This document shows positions 12,701 to 27,700 of a stretch of DNA of 64,000 bases, one piece after another. How positions within the stretch are numbered: position 1 is the first letter of the stretch; each line of letters starts with the position of its first letter. A program made the position numbers and the translations under genes. The notes beneath the pieces are model-generated. The model ran no database searches. It was not told where the DNA came from and saw only the letters and a program-made list of their open reading frames with translations. The stretch lies in the NCBI RefSeq assembly GCF_018977255.1, contig NW_024704742.1:87236001-87300000 (forward strand). Direction: 5' to 3'. The stretch comes from Callorhinchus milii. Its lineage: Eukaryota.

Positions 12701-15700
12701 TCCAGCAAACTCGATAAATCTCTTTGTTGAGAAAAGGCTAAAACATTCACAGAATGCCAAGTGTTCAGGCAGGGAGATAATTCAAAATGTATCCTGAAAT
12801 CTGGCCAGCATGCATATATTCTCAGACAACTGATTCAGAAAAGACAAACCCAAAACACAGAAAATAATTAGTTTTAATTTTAAATAATAATAATAATCCT
12901 TGCATTTGATAAATGCAGTGGAAACTCACAATCAAGGTCAGCAAGCAGTCTGAGGAATTTTGATATTAGCTGACTGACCTCACAAGTGAGTTTATATTGC
13001 TGTACTATACAATGCTGAAATCAAAAGATGCAAAAACACTGGCCATGTTTGTGAACTGACCATGTTAACGACCATAAAGTGAATTTCCACTGTACTTAAA
13101 ATCTGAAAAGCTTCTGCTATTTTGTGCCTGTATTATTTGAGTGTACAGCAACAATCGATTGCAAGAAGACGCATTTCAGTGCGTAACACTTTCCAACTGA
13201 TGTAAAACAATTTAATGAAGCTCATTTCACTTGTACTTCTTGACAACTGCATTTGTAAATCAATAGGTTTGAGCAGTTCTTCATACCTGAAAAAGTCTTA
13301 GTTTGGGAGCAACTCTGGATTGTCCTCTATTAATGATAATAATAATCTTCACATTTTATGTTTGATATAGCAGCTTTCATGTCAGAAGGACATCTCAAAA
13401 GTGCTGCACATACTTCACTGTGAAGTATTGAAACTTCTTTTGCAGGTGAATGCAGCAGCCAATTTACACACAATACCCCACAGATAGGCATGACAGATTT
13501 TATCAGGGAAATTGTTGGCAATATGTATGTTCCCCACATGGGTACAAAATCTAGATTTGGACTTCTCCAATAGTCTGGTGGGTAAGGCATCCCTTGCTGT
13601 GGCATTGAGTTACATACATATACTATGGTCTCACTATGGTCTCAGTCTGTGCTGAGCAGGCTGGTATCAGCCAGGCACATATGGGAAATTCCTTTTCAGT
13701 ACAATACAAATATCTAAATTTGGATCATATTAAGATTACAATGTGTTTTCATGAAATCTCTGTTGAGTGCACATGGTTGATGAAGTTTTTCATGTTTTGA
13801 AGCAGGTACAAGGACTAATAATGAAGGATATTCTAACATAAATTCTTAAGTCTACTGGCTGAGTGATTTAACCTCTGCCACCTGAACAAAACAAAGAAAA
13901 CATGACAGTAATCCATAAAAGTTAACACAATGGAGACTTGGAGACTGTTCAATGAAGAACACTTTCACTACAAAAGCAACGGGGTTCCAGCATGGAGCGG
14001 ACCCCATGAGGAATTTCAATTCAACTGAATCAGTCAACCTTCAGCAAGAGGAACATTTTGGGGGCCAATCAGATAGCAATAAGATGTTGCATAAGATTAG
14101 AGCCCATGGAATTAAAGGTAATTAGCACAGATTGGAGAGTGGCTAACAGGAAGAAAACAGAGAGTAGGGATAAACGGGTCCTTTTCAGATTGGCAAGATG
14201 TGACTAGTGGAGTGCCACAACGATCAGTGCTTGGGCCTCAACTATTTACAGTCTATATCAATGATTTAGATGAGGAAATAGAACTTAACATATCTAAATT
14301 CGCGGACGATACAAAGATAGGTGGGAGCGTAAGCTGTGAGGATGACACACAAAGAATGCAAAGGGAAATAGACAGGCAAGGTGAGTGGGCAAGAAGGTGG
14401 CAGATGGAGTATAACGTGGGGAAGTGTGAAGTTATTCACCTAGGTTGTAAGAATAGAAAAGCAGATTACTTTCTACAGGGGGAGAGACTAGGTAGTGTTA
14501 GTGTTCAGAGGAATTTGGGAGTCCTTGTACACCAGTCACAAAAAGTTAGTATGCAGGTATAGCAAGTAACTAGGAAGGCTAATGCCATGTTGGCGTTCAT
14601 TGCAAAAGGGTTAGAGTACAAGAGTAGGGACGTCTTGCTGCAGTTGTATAAGGCCTTGGTGAGACCGTACCTAGAATATTGTGTGCAGTTTTGGTCTCCT
14701 TATTTAAGAAAGGACATATTCGTCTTAGAGGGGGTGCAGCATAGATTCACTAGGTTGGTTCCTGGGATGAGGGAGTCGACTATGAGGACAGGTTGAGTAA
14801 ACTAGGCCTATATTCTCTAGAATATAGAAGAATTAGAGGTGATCTTATAGAAACCTATAAGATTCTTAAGGGTCTTGACAGGGTAGATGCCGTGAGACTG
14901 TTCCCCTGGTTGGAGAATCTAAAACTAGGGGTCATAGTCTCAAGATTAAGTGTCAGCCTTTTCGAACTGAGTTGAGGAAACATTTCTTCATTCAGAGGGT
15001 AATGAATTTGTGGAATTCTCTACCCCAGAAGGCTGTGGATGCTCAGTCATTGAACATATTCAAAACTGAGGTTGATAGATTTCTAAAGGATAGAGGGATT
15101 AAGGGATATGGGGTTAGGGCGGGTAAATGGAATTAGGTTAGAAGATCAGCCATGATCTTATTAAATGGTGGGGCCGAATGGCCTACTCCTGCTCCTACGT
15201 CTTATGGTCAATAAAGCTATTTTTGATTAGAAGATTCAGACGTCCTGACGTGGGGCTTGAACCCACAATCTTCTGACTCAGAGGCGAGAGTACTACCACT
15301 GAGCGAGGCTGATACAATGATATTAGATGGGATGAAGAGTCTTCTTGATCTTGTACTAATCTTGTGGTGAATCATTTACTTTTAGTCTTTAAAAAGAGTG
15401 AAAAAAAACTTTAGGATGCTCTTTTCCAAATAATGAAAAACAGCAACATACTTCATAAGACAGTTCCTGGTCATGAAGACAAGCCCACTAACATGTACCC
15501 GTCTTGTAAATTGTAAGCGGCGCCTCTAGATGGTGCAAAATTTTACAGTGTGAATCCGAGAAAACTTGTAATCTGGTTGTGCCAGGAATCAAGTGCACCT
15601 ATTGACAATCAATCATACAGCAGCATTAACATGAGCTGTGAGATGATCATTCTATATTCTCAGCTGAATAGTGGGGAACAGGTTCTGTAGGTCATAAAGG

Positions 15701-18700
15701 AAGGGAAGGGAGATAGGTGGAAATTTAAAGAACTTTACTTTCTTAAACATAACCATTGAAATGCAAAGTCATCATAATATAATATAGAAAGTCTCAGGGG
15801 AATACTCCTCTGCTCAAAATATAACATCCAATATTGGAGGGAAAAAAAGTTAGCAAAATATATCTTATTTATAAAGAAGAATCTGAATGAAATTAAATAC
15901 AATAATAAAAACAACAAACAACAACAAAATGCAGTTGTACATCACCTTTCACGTCGGAAGAACATCTCAAGGCAGTGGACAGATAAGGATTTGCATGGAG
16001 GTTGGGATCAAGAGGGCTGGAGATGGGAGGATGGCTGAAGCCATGGTCAAAGAGGAAGATCTTGAGACATTAAATTTAATTAAAAATTAAATGCCAACTC
16101 AGCAAAGAGTGAAAAAACTACCGTGAAGTATCTGAACTCCTTGAACACTCCCCGAAAAGCACACATACACAATTTGCTCACCTTGATCTTTGTGTTTCAA
16201 TTATTTTAGCAAGTCCATTGATTGACCTAAAATATAGAAACATTGAGAATGTCACACAGGATTAAACACATAGCATTAAATACGCACAATCAAACACACC
16301 AAGCAACATTCAATAAGAAATCTTCAAACTTACAATAGTCTCAATGCTATCATCTGGTGTCCCATCCCATCCATTGATATTAAAATAGTACACATTATCT
16401 GTACTGCAGTGATCAGCTGCCACAAATCAGGCCTGTTCAATTTGCATTTCTCAATACTAGTAACATTTTACCACAGTTGATCAATACAAAAATATTTTAA
16501 TCTATAAATAATACAACTGGCTCAGAGCAAGCTGTTCTTTCAATCTCACTGACCACTCTCTCCCCACACCCCTTCGTCTTATCTTTCATGTACCTGTCTG
16601 CGTCCCTTTTGAAACCCACAATGGACTCCGCCTCTCCCACCTCACTTAGCATAATGTATGACTATCTCCCATCCCAAAAGAGTAAATATAGTCAGAGTTT
16701 ATTTCTAAGACTATTCGACTATGAGCTGTATCACATGCAAACTTCTCCCAGCAGGATTCACTCGATAGTGATGAGGACACAATTTCTCTTTTCCCATGTC
16801 CAAGGACGTACTTCCTGGTTGAGGTCAATGATCGAACCTGGCACCTTCTGATCTCCAGGGCTCAGTACAGCAATTCTCAGTGCGTTTACCCACAGGGTAG
16901 TTGAGAATCAGCACCCTGTAAATAGAATATCAGCTCCCTTACCTTACAATATGCCTTAGTTCATCCAGCTCCTCTTGGTGAATCAGATCAGTTTTGTTAA
17001 CTATAATGAGGTCACCCAGGGCAATCTGCCTAAACATAGTAATAAACAGAACATCGGGTTATAATCAAAAGCAAATGAAAGTCAACCGGGACACAATTTG
17101 GATGGACAGTGCAAAAATCCAAATGTACAGGTATCATTCCTTTCCACGGGTAGATATAGTAGTTTTTGTGGGGGCTTGGGGGTGGGAAGAAGGGGAAACA
17201 TACGTACATGGAAAATAAGCAAAGGTCATAAAATATAACATTTATAATGTGTGTGCTCTGTAACTTTCTATTAAAAAAAAGTAAAATTCAGAATAATTTT
17301 GGGTTCACTAATTGAATGTTAATGTATGGAGTGCAACACTCCTTTTAATGGCTTCAACCAGTCTTCCCAAACAAGAAACAACAGCACAATTGCAAAGAAT
17401 TGCATAGAATACTACAGCATAGAAATAGGCCATTCGATCCAACTAGTCTTTATACTCCACATGAGCCCCCCACCCTAATTCCCTCTCCAGTACCTTCCCT
17501 CTATTTCCTAACCACAAGCCTGTGCCCAAACAATTAAGCTCTATCCTCTACCTCAGAAGAGCACCTTTACTTCAACAAGAGTGCACTTTTCTACTTCTGC
17601 TAGGGCAGAACATAGATTGAACATAGTGAACATAGATTGAACATAGATTGAACATAGATTGAACATAGTGGGAGTCAGGAGCATCTAACTTAGAGAGGCT
17701 AAGATTCCAAGCAAGGGCCAATGAGCCAGGTCAGGTTAAGATCTTGAGCCAAGGACATGGATGAAATCAGGTTTAGATCCTGAGCCAGCAGCATGGAATC
17801 AGGTCAGGCTGCGATCCCGATCGAGGGACAAAGAGTCAGTTCAGATTAAAAGCCTGAGCCAAGAAGTATTGGGTCCAAAGGGGGCTGAGAGCAGGAGATG
17901 ATTACCTACAAAATTAATTTCATTTAAAAATACTCAGCTACCCAGGGCAAGTAAGCATTTAACATGCAAATTTCCAGCTCTCTAAACTGATTCCCCACCG
18001 ACATTCGAACATTATTATTATTATTATTATTTGAGTAGCTATAATTGCTTCATAGCATTGATATAGGTGTTTGTCTCCATCGAATTATTATTTAGGAAAA
18101 TATACCTTGCTGCTTCATTAATCAGACCATCAGGCTTTTCTTCTGTCAAATGCTGTAGAAAACACAAGATAATTTATTAACTCATGGCATTTACTAACTC
18201 TTCTGGATTACAGAACTGACAGGATCTATGGGTGTCCAATAATGGACATATGAATAGGTGTCATAAAATGCTTCCGCACTGAAAATATGCATCTTCTGTA
18301 ATATTTTCTAATGTTGCTAGATAGCCCTCGTACATATTAGTTTAGCTATTCATTCAAAAAATTCCAGCAGATTCATGAGTACTTCTATATCTATGTTGAC
18401 TCCCATTATAGCCAATGGCTCTAGATTTGATGACTGATAGCACCCAGGATAACACTCTTAAAAGTATTGTTCCCACTACAGTTGCCAGGTGAAGTAATCT
18501 ATAATTTCTAATCTCATGCCTTACTGCATCTTTGAACAGGATAACATTTGCTGTTGTCCAGTCCTTAGGTACAGTGCTCCTGAAAATATTAACCAAAGCT
18601 TCACCAATTTTCTCTCACCTTGCCTTGAGAATCTTATGGTGTACCCTGACTGAACCCCCCTTTACAGATAAACACTCAATTCTTTGCATTTCTTCATAGC

Positions 18701-21700
18701 TCCGCTGACATCCACTGGGTAAAACGATTCCAAAGAAATTGAAAGTAGAATTTGAGCCCCCTCTCATTCGTAAAAAACACTGTGAAAAATCTGCCGAATC
18801 CTAATCTTCTATATCACGTCACAATTATCTTTATATATATACACACACACACTAATAAAACGACGATGTTGGTCTGCGCTTCTAAGAAGGATCTCAATAA
18901 CCGATTGACGTAGTGACATGATTTATACCTCATTGGAAAGGTCTAATATCTCAGAGTGACATGGGTATATTTGTTTTCAGGCATCTCCTATCGTTCATGA
19001 GTTAATTTTCAGTTCTACGTTTTTTGCTGCAGTTACACCTGGTGGCTGCCAAGTCAAAGTGGCGCTGTGGCATTGTGCGTTACAGAGCACCTACGTACGT
19101 ACACACACACTGCAGTACACTTGGTGGCTGCAGTGGTATCCTGGTCACAGAGGACGCACGTAGCCAAGTGGAGGGAACAAAATAAAGAACACGAACAAAG
19201 CTAATCCGCGGTAACAACAACAAAATTACATTTGTAAAGCGCAAAGTCCTCCCACTGAGTCCTCCCAAAAGGAATCCTCCCACAGGAGTCCTCCCAGATG
19301 ATTATAGATAAAGATGAAATGTCTGTCTGTCTGTGTCAATCTACATTCCATATTGGATCCTTTGGTTGCGAGCGTAGTTGCAACGGGTACAGCTAGTTTC
19401 ACTATAAATAAAATCTGCAGCAACAAATTACATTATCGTAGCGCCCTTCCCTTCGGGAGGACATCCCAAACAGTGGACAGTCAAGGATGTGCACCCGAGC
19501 TGGGGGTTGGAATCAGGAGGGCTGAAAGGCAGGAAAGGTGAGAGCAAGAGAGTGACCGAAGGTCCAGTTAAAAAGGTATTGAGACGTTCTGTAATGGGGC
19601 ACAAGAGGTCAGATCAGCGCATAAGGAACACAGACTGCAGAATGTAGAACACAGATCACGTAGCACTGCATGAGGCGATAGCATTATAAGGAGAGGTCTC
19701 AGGCAGATTTCCAGCTGGTTATCACTCCATCTCATGTCAGGTTATCTGTTCCCATAACCATATCAATGGCTGATAACAAAATTCAATTTTAAAAAATCCC
19801 ATAGTTTGTGCACTGTAGAAAAAGTTTCTGCACCAAACTATTTAACAAAACTATCATTTGTTTTTAAACTTAATTTCAGGAATATCTTGCACTACAAAAA
19901 ACAAGACGTATTTTGATTTTCTGTTCACCTCCAAAATTGAAATTCCTGTTTGTGCCTCCAATTCAAATCTTTAACAAATGTTATTTTAAATTCATAATTT
20001 TTCATTCATAATTTTCCTCTCATGTCTTAAAAACCAACCAAAGTATGTGTTTTGAAAACCTGAAATATTCTTTTAGTTCTTGACAAACGTCATAGCTATT
20101 CTGCTTCTAAACCAGTTTGCTCAAAGGAACTTTTTTCTATAACAGGATATTATTCTATTAAAATACTCTCAATTATGTAACACAGGCAAACAGAACATAA
20201 AATAAATATTCTGAAGGTTTCTAAATGGTAAATGCAGTATCTACTGGGAATATAGACCACAAAGGTCCTAGGTCCGATCACTGGTCTTTGCTGAGTCTAC
20301 TTGGGAATGAGTAGAGAAATAATAATAATAATCCTTGCATTTCATATAGCGCTTTATCAGGTCTTCGAGACGTTTCAAAGTCCTTCACAGAATATACTGT
20401 AAAGTGAATGGACTGTATATTTTGTGGGCGAAACACCGCAGCCAATTGCGCACAGCAGTGTCCCACAATCAGTCGTGAATTGAGTGACCAAATTATTATA
20501 TTTATTTTTGTATTTATTTATTGAAGGGATTATTACCCACAGATTGAAGAGCAGCCGGGTTCCCATTTATTGATTGGTAAACAGAGTCATGCGGAGAAAG
20601 GAAATTTGTCTAACATTTCGCCCGACCTGGGATTTGAACCCAGGTCCTCTCACTTGCAAGGCGAGTGCTCTAACCATGTACCGCCCTTAGAATATTCTCT
20701 CTCCTTAAGACACCCAGCTCAGCAAAACTCTTGTTGCAGCATTGGTGGCAAAGATGCCTCAAAACATTGACATTAGTTCAGACAGAGAAGATACAGTTTT
20801 AAATAGCCCAATCGCCACAACCGTTTAAAGTCAAAGGTGTAACAGTTCAGAGGGATGCAGAATCAAAGTGCTCTGTTAATCATTTAAAAGTAAATGACAA
20901 ATCGTAAATTGTGTAAAATTAGTTCAATAAATTTATAAGTTCTTACTAAAAAGATCAGCAAACTAGCCAACCCTATAATGACAGCAACTTTTAAGCCATC
21001 CGACCCTTAAATATAACCCCATTGACTTTCTATTATGTAGTAATTCAAGTGGTAATTCATTTTGTGCCTTTTCCCTGTAAATAATCAAAAGCAACTTGTG
21101 CACTATCAACACAGAAAGTAAAAAAAAACACCTTTCCCCTGACCTTCCTGTTCTGGATCCCTGTTCATTAATTTCTTTCAATTGAATGTTGCCAAGTTTT
21201 TAAGAGGCAAATCACAAAAGAACTGTGGCTCTGGCCAAAATGTCAGGCCCTTGGAGTCACGGGCTGGCATGTGATCTTGTCCAATCATTTGTCCATGATT
21301 AGGAAATTAATATTTTAGATCACTATGTGACAGTCCCATTACTGTGATAGGCCCTGATTTCAATTACCACTTCAGTTTCAATTTAACTTGCCGACCACAC
21401 AGAGGCTCCCATAGCTTCAGCTGTGATGGGCCCGGTCCGTGAAGCATGACACATTCCAATTGCTGCCTATTACCCATGTGTCATCACTTGTAGTGGCATC
21501 AAAACTGTTTAAACGATCGGGAACTGGCAGAGGTCAAGCTTCAGGAGATACGGAGGCAGACACGTTGGCAAATTTTCATCCCCAGATGAAAAGAAAGAGC
21601 AGTCCAAGTATTCCTTCCGCCCGTAATTGAAACACCGGAGTTTTCTGTAAATCTGTCAATGTGTCACTTTTCTGCCCTCTTTGCCCTATAGCATTGTATG

Positions 21701-24700
21701 AAATAACTTCATCCGTTCAACATGTGTATTCACCAATTGCTTTTCAACATATAAAGCAGCTAGCTGTCAGCATGCTTTTCAAAATATTTCTTGTGCAAGA
21801 AAGCAACTGCAATGTTCCTAAACAAAGCGTGCTCCTTTTTTGTTCGTTTGCATATCTTATAGGGACAGCAAGGTAATCAGAAAATACCCACTAGCAGAAC
21901 ACAACTATCAATAAGAGCTGAGAGGGGTGGATTACTTCATGTAGGATTTTAGAGCATCCAGAATTTGACAAATTGTTGAACAAAAAAAATCGGTCTGAAC
22001 TCCAAAATTATCTTTCAGAGTTGACTTCAACAACAACAATTTGCACTTATATAGCGCCCTCCATGCAGCGTAGCGTCTCAGAGCGCTTAACAATGGCGGA
22101 GCCTGACTCCAAGCCAGGGAGGGGGGAGATGGCCGTAAGTACGGTTAACTAGGAAGGTTTTCAGGCGGGACTTGAAAAAGGGGAGGGGGCAAGGCGGAGG
22201 GATTGAGGGAAAGTGTTCCAAAGTTTCGGGGCGTAGTGGTTGAAAGCGCGACCTCCAATTGTGGGGTGGTGGGTGCAAATGACAAGCAGGAGGCCAGTGC
22301 CAGTCGAGCAGAGGCACCGGGTAGTGGATTGGGAAGTGAAGAGGTTGGAGAGGTAATGAGTTGCTAGAGAGTGAAGGGATTTGAACACAAGTGTGAGGAT
22401 GTTGAAGTGGATCAGTTCGGGGATGGGGATCCAGTGGAATCTGGCCAGAACTGCTGAGATGTGGGTACGGAGCTTAGTCCGGGTCATTATGCGGGCGGGA
22501 AGTAGGGGAGAAAGATCATTTAAAGTTTCTTCCATATTGTGAAATGAGACTTGAAAATGCTTATTTCACATTATTGCTTGGAAACGCTCTCCAGTGGGAC
22601 ACCCGGATTAACATTTCATACAAAATGTTAACCTTCTCCACACCAAGTTCCCATTGTGCACTTTTTTCACCATTAATGTGACTCACAGATCTTTTTCTGC
22701 CAATGTAAGGAGTACAGGAGTGACTGTAATGCAAACTTCTACACACCACCCTTGAAAGGTATGTATAACAGGCTTGACAGGACAGTACTGTTCCAACACT
22801 TTTCTCTTTCCTTAGTCAGTGGTGGCCAACCTGTGGCTCGCGGGGCCATCCAGAAGCTGCTCCCCAAACATTCACACAAGTCAAGTCCGTGTTCGATCAA
22901 TCAATGCATTGCCAGGATTTTCCTTATTAAATTATCTTGAGTTATGACATAAATGAAGAAATATTCAATTAAGAAAATATATTTTGTTGGCTGACCAAAA
23001 AGGTTGGCCCCACTGCCTTCAAATCAGTGAAGCTACTGCTTGGCGTGTAACGTTGAGCTGCACAGACCTGAAGAGACCCAGGTTTAATACCCATTCCTCT
23101 ATTCTGTGTTGAATTAGCTGATATCAGGCCAGCTGGCAGTAGAGAATGCTACAATGGTCCTCGGTGACCCTGGGCCAGTGAGGCGTTAAATCGGTTATGC
23201 ATGTTCTAGCCAATATGCATAACCAAGTTCAATCAAAGGCAAAGTGCTCACAAATGCACAGAAAAAGTTTAGATTCATATAACTTTGTTCAAAAAGTCAT
23301 AGTCAACATGAAATCCATTGTCCCAAACATCCCAGCTAACTCAGAATGGCCCCATCTGTGTTATTGGAGTCCTGGGAATTTCTTCTGAGCCAATGGCTAA
23401 ATACATTGCAGTGTTTGAAAGTTCACAAGATCACAGCAATTACTGTTCAGTGTAGTGACTATTCGTAGGTGAATGTAGCAGCCAATTTGCACACAAGTGT
23501 CCCACAAAGAGCCATGAAGTAAATGAACAATTTTATCTGGGAGATTGCTGGACAGGAGACTGAGAGAAACTCCCTCCTCTTTTTGATTGATGCCGAAAGG
23601 CCTTTAGCATTGATCCGGACAAATTGAGGATTAACTCATTAAAAGTAATAGCTACACCAGTGCTGCCTTCAGATTGTAGAATCTAAATTCACAACCTTTA
23701 TCTGTGCATAAATGTTTTCATTATTGTGCAGTTACTATTTTGTGTGTGTGTTTCTTTTCTAAACTAAAAACAATTATGCTATGTATATTCCTACCTATAT
23801 TTAAACATGTATAAAAAATTTAAGTCATGAGCTCCAAACTAGATTTTTGCTACAGATGTAGCAACAATTTGAGTGCATTAAGGCAATGTAAGTCTACCCC
23901 TTTAAAAACAAAATACTTAAATGCCCGATTGGGAGCCACACAAAATATATTACAGTAACACTCGCATAAGACTGATCCCTATAAATCGTGTAATTGCCTG
24001 TCGTACCAAGTCCCATTGAATTTCCTATTATTAATAAATTTCACATAACTCATACTTTGAATAAGGCATTTTAAATGTATGGTCCCAACTGGTATGATTT
24101 ATGTGAGGTTTACTGTATTAAATTAAGTTCATAAACTCAACAAATTCAAATGATCTAAAGGATTTGAAGCAAAAAGTTTTACCTGCATTCCATATTTTGC
24201 ATCAACAACTGTAACAATACCTGAGGAGGGGAGGGAAAAAAACATTTTGAACATCTTAGATTATGTCACTCTCACAAGTGCCAAAACCACAGGATGGATT
24301 GGAATTTAACCCTTAATTCAACATTCTCAAAGTTCAGAAACTTAAAATGCTTTTCTGAAACTGAGTTAAACTACATGTACAACTGGTGTAGAAAACTATC
24401 AAACTACTAGAGAGAAATCAGGATTGGAGCCTAGATTTGCCTTATTAACCTCACATTCTGCAACATCCGGAATTTGGCAAATTCTTAAAATACACCCTTA
24501 ATTTTGAAGTCAATTTTCCACAGCATCTTCCAATAATTATAGAAAAGCTACCTCAGAGTTCAGAATGATTTTCTCAACACTTTGCCAAATTCTGGACGCT
24601 CTAAAATACCTCATAAATAGATTAAATCTATACCCAACGTGGAATTTCACTCTATAAAGATCCATGAATTACATGATCTTGAAGTGCTTAGTACCTCTCC

Positions 24701-27700
24701 ATTATTCAGCGATCTTCCAATTTGAGCAACTAAATTTTAATTTCACAAAACTCTTTTATTTTTACTTGCAGCAATAATTTCCACGCAAAGTTATCAATTT
24801 TTTTATTAACAATTACTGTGGTTAGATTGTAGTAAACGTATAAACAGGTTAACCATTGCAACTTGAATTATCAGGAAACAAAGAAAGAAAAAAAATCACC
24901 AAAACTAGCATTAAAGGCATCAGTTCGCAAAGAGGCATCTATTTTTCCAATATAAAAGGTGTTACATAGAGTGTATAGCTGCTATTGCCAAGATCTCATG
25001 TACCAGAACCAGAGCTATTAGCAACGAGAATAGGGGTTAATTGGTAATTTTCACCAATTTTAACTGAACAACATCTAGAAATCAAGGCTGAAGATCAGTG
25101 AAGCACGATAAGTCATGCCGGATGTCAATAGTGGTTAATGTTTTTATTGTTTACACCCCCCCCCACCCTATATATAAGTTTCAGTTTACAAACGCTTCCT
25201 TATTTCCTCCCCTTCTACTGTCCCCAGCCCCTCTTCTCAGGACACTTTTCTTGAATGACAGCACATTCCCGTATATTTTAAAAAAGCCACATCATTTGGA
25301 GTATAATAATATTCCTTGCATTTGATATTGTGTCGATAATGTTGAGAATGTCTCAAAGCACTTCACAAAGCTTCTACGAGATGATAATAATCCTTACATT
25401 TGGTATAGCGACTTTCTTGTCGGAAGGACATGCCAAAGCGCTTCATATTCTATAAAGTGCAGTGAGTGTTTACTTTATAGCTGAAACGTGCAGTATTGTG
25501 AATGCATTTGTAAGCAAAAAACAAAGTCCAAACCTTACTGTTTCTCTGGAGTTTAGGATACACTGGGGACCTCCTCTTCCCGTGTACCAACCTCCATAAT
25601 GCCCATCAGGTAGGTCACTACTCTTTTCTATGCTAATTTTTCTCCTCTAACTTTAACCCCTCCTCTCTTTTCTCATCAGATTCTACTTATGTACATTCCA
25701 CAGGAGCACTTCAGGAACTCGCTCAAGTGGCCATTATTCTTGTGTGTGAGTCTTGGAAGATTGTGTTGCAGACTATTTGATTGCAGGGATGGTGGATGGG
25801 GGGGGAGGGTTCCACAGTCAAGCACAATCCTGTGCTTGCCCAGCATTCAGATTCGAGCTATCAGGGAGCCTCCATACAGTAAGCAGGAACAGGGCACTTA
25901 ATTAATATTCCCCTGTCGCTGAGGCCAATCATAGCTCCGGCTGAGTTCAACTAACTCAGCGTGGACCAGGATTCAACCTGCGAATCACCTGGAATATACA
26001 GTGTAGTCCCACATGAGCAATCAGAGGCCATCCAACTCGTATCATTAAGTTTCGTATAAAACGCCCCCCAAAATTTACAGGCTTCTGCATCCAGCAGTCA
26101 TTGTCCTGTTTACAAACTTGCAGCCAGATATTCACATTACTGTAAATGACGAAGAAACTATAGTCAACTTGAACAAGTCAAGATGCTGATTACAGGGGTC
26201 ATGAGGATGTTACCCAGCACTGTGGGCTTAAGCCTTAAACTCATAACTTCTTTCTGTGGTGGGCTGACACTGAGAAACCACACATGTACCAATATCATTG
26301 GCAATCAGATCAAGTTTTTCTTTCACAAACAGTAGGAATGTCAGTGAGCTCCAGAGCACTGAAATGCATTATTTAGTGCTCTTCAAGTAAATAACACAAC
26401 ACTGCAGAATGGGTGACAAACAGTTCAACATTGAAGAGAGATTCAGGCCAACGTTTTATTTCATGCTCAGCTTGAAGGTGTAAGAAGGAATGGCAATCAA
26501 AGGATAAGCCATGGAGCAAGAGGGGTCAAGAACATACTGTCAGAGAGACATTGCATCTATCTCACCATGAAGTGAACATGCAATAACCAATGCTCTAGTT
26601 AAACACATTGTACTTTAGCTTTATTTATCGAGAAATTATTTAAAATCTTACCATCGAGGTAAATGTCGCTCCCCAATTCTGCATCAACCCAGAACATGGC
26701 AGAAACAGCACCTTTGGGAAGGAGAAGAACTTACGTTGACCAAATGCACCATTCTTAAAACTTCCCAGACAATATGTGTGTAAAACAAAAGTGTCATAAA
26801 ATAAGCCTTTTTTTAGAAAAAACATCTTTATGCTCATTTTGAATGATATTCCTGCCCATACTCCTCCCTGTATTTCTGTTCCCAATGTCCACCAATTCAT
26901 CTCTTGGCTCCTGGATTTATTGCCTACAATCACTCAAATATTCTATATCATATATACTTTAGCTCAAAGTCCCGCAATAAGGCTTGAACATCCAATCCAG
27001 TGAATCTATCATTTGAGTCAGGCTCAGTTGTTATAATAATACTTGCATTTGACATAACACCTTAGACGTCTAGAAGACGTGAAAAGCGCTATATCAAATG
27101 CAAGGATTATTATTATTACTTATCACTGTTGAGAAGTTTCAAAGTGCTTCACAGGATATAAAATGGATTGACTATGCAACACGTGGATGATACATTGCAG
27201 TCAGTTGTGCATTGCACTGTCCCTCAAACAACTATGCAGTGATTGACCGATTTTATTTAAGGGATTGTCGACCAAGATACCAGGGAAAACTGTGTGATTC
27301 CAATTCCCGACGTGGTGCTTGAACCCACAACCATCGTATGGAGTCTATCATTGCGCCAGGCTGTCATAAGCTCTAATAAATAAAGCACAGACTGACATTG
27401 GAATCTTAACTAATGAACCTGAAGAGTAATTGAGTTAGGGAGGCTTATTTTTTTCATTAAAGCACCGAGTCGCATTTTATATCTTATTTATACAAAATGT
27501 AGACTAATTTTAGGAAATTAGCAGGTTAATTGGCCTCTGAAAGTGAAAATTAAGTCAAAAATAATTTGTATCCTGATTTGCAAGATTTCTTGACAACACA
27601 GTGCAAAATTCAAGCATTCAAAGGGCTCAAATAATTCATGAATAACCTGTAGAAGTAAAAACCTCGCCTCTATTAAAAAAATAGCTTTTTTTTCTTTAAA

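Noticed and set aside
14080..15210. Active reverse transcriptase gene (also 60733-61290)
   Set aside because: 5'-truncated CR1 and L2 fragments with stops and frameshifts.
17608..17865. Short repeats superficially resembling a CRISPR array
   Set aside because: Contiguous degenerate tandem units with no unique spacers, no cas genes, in a vertebrate intron.
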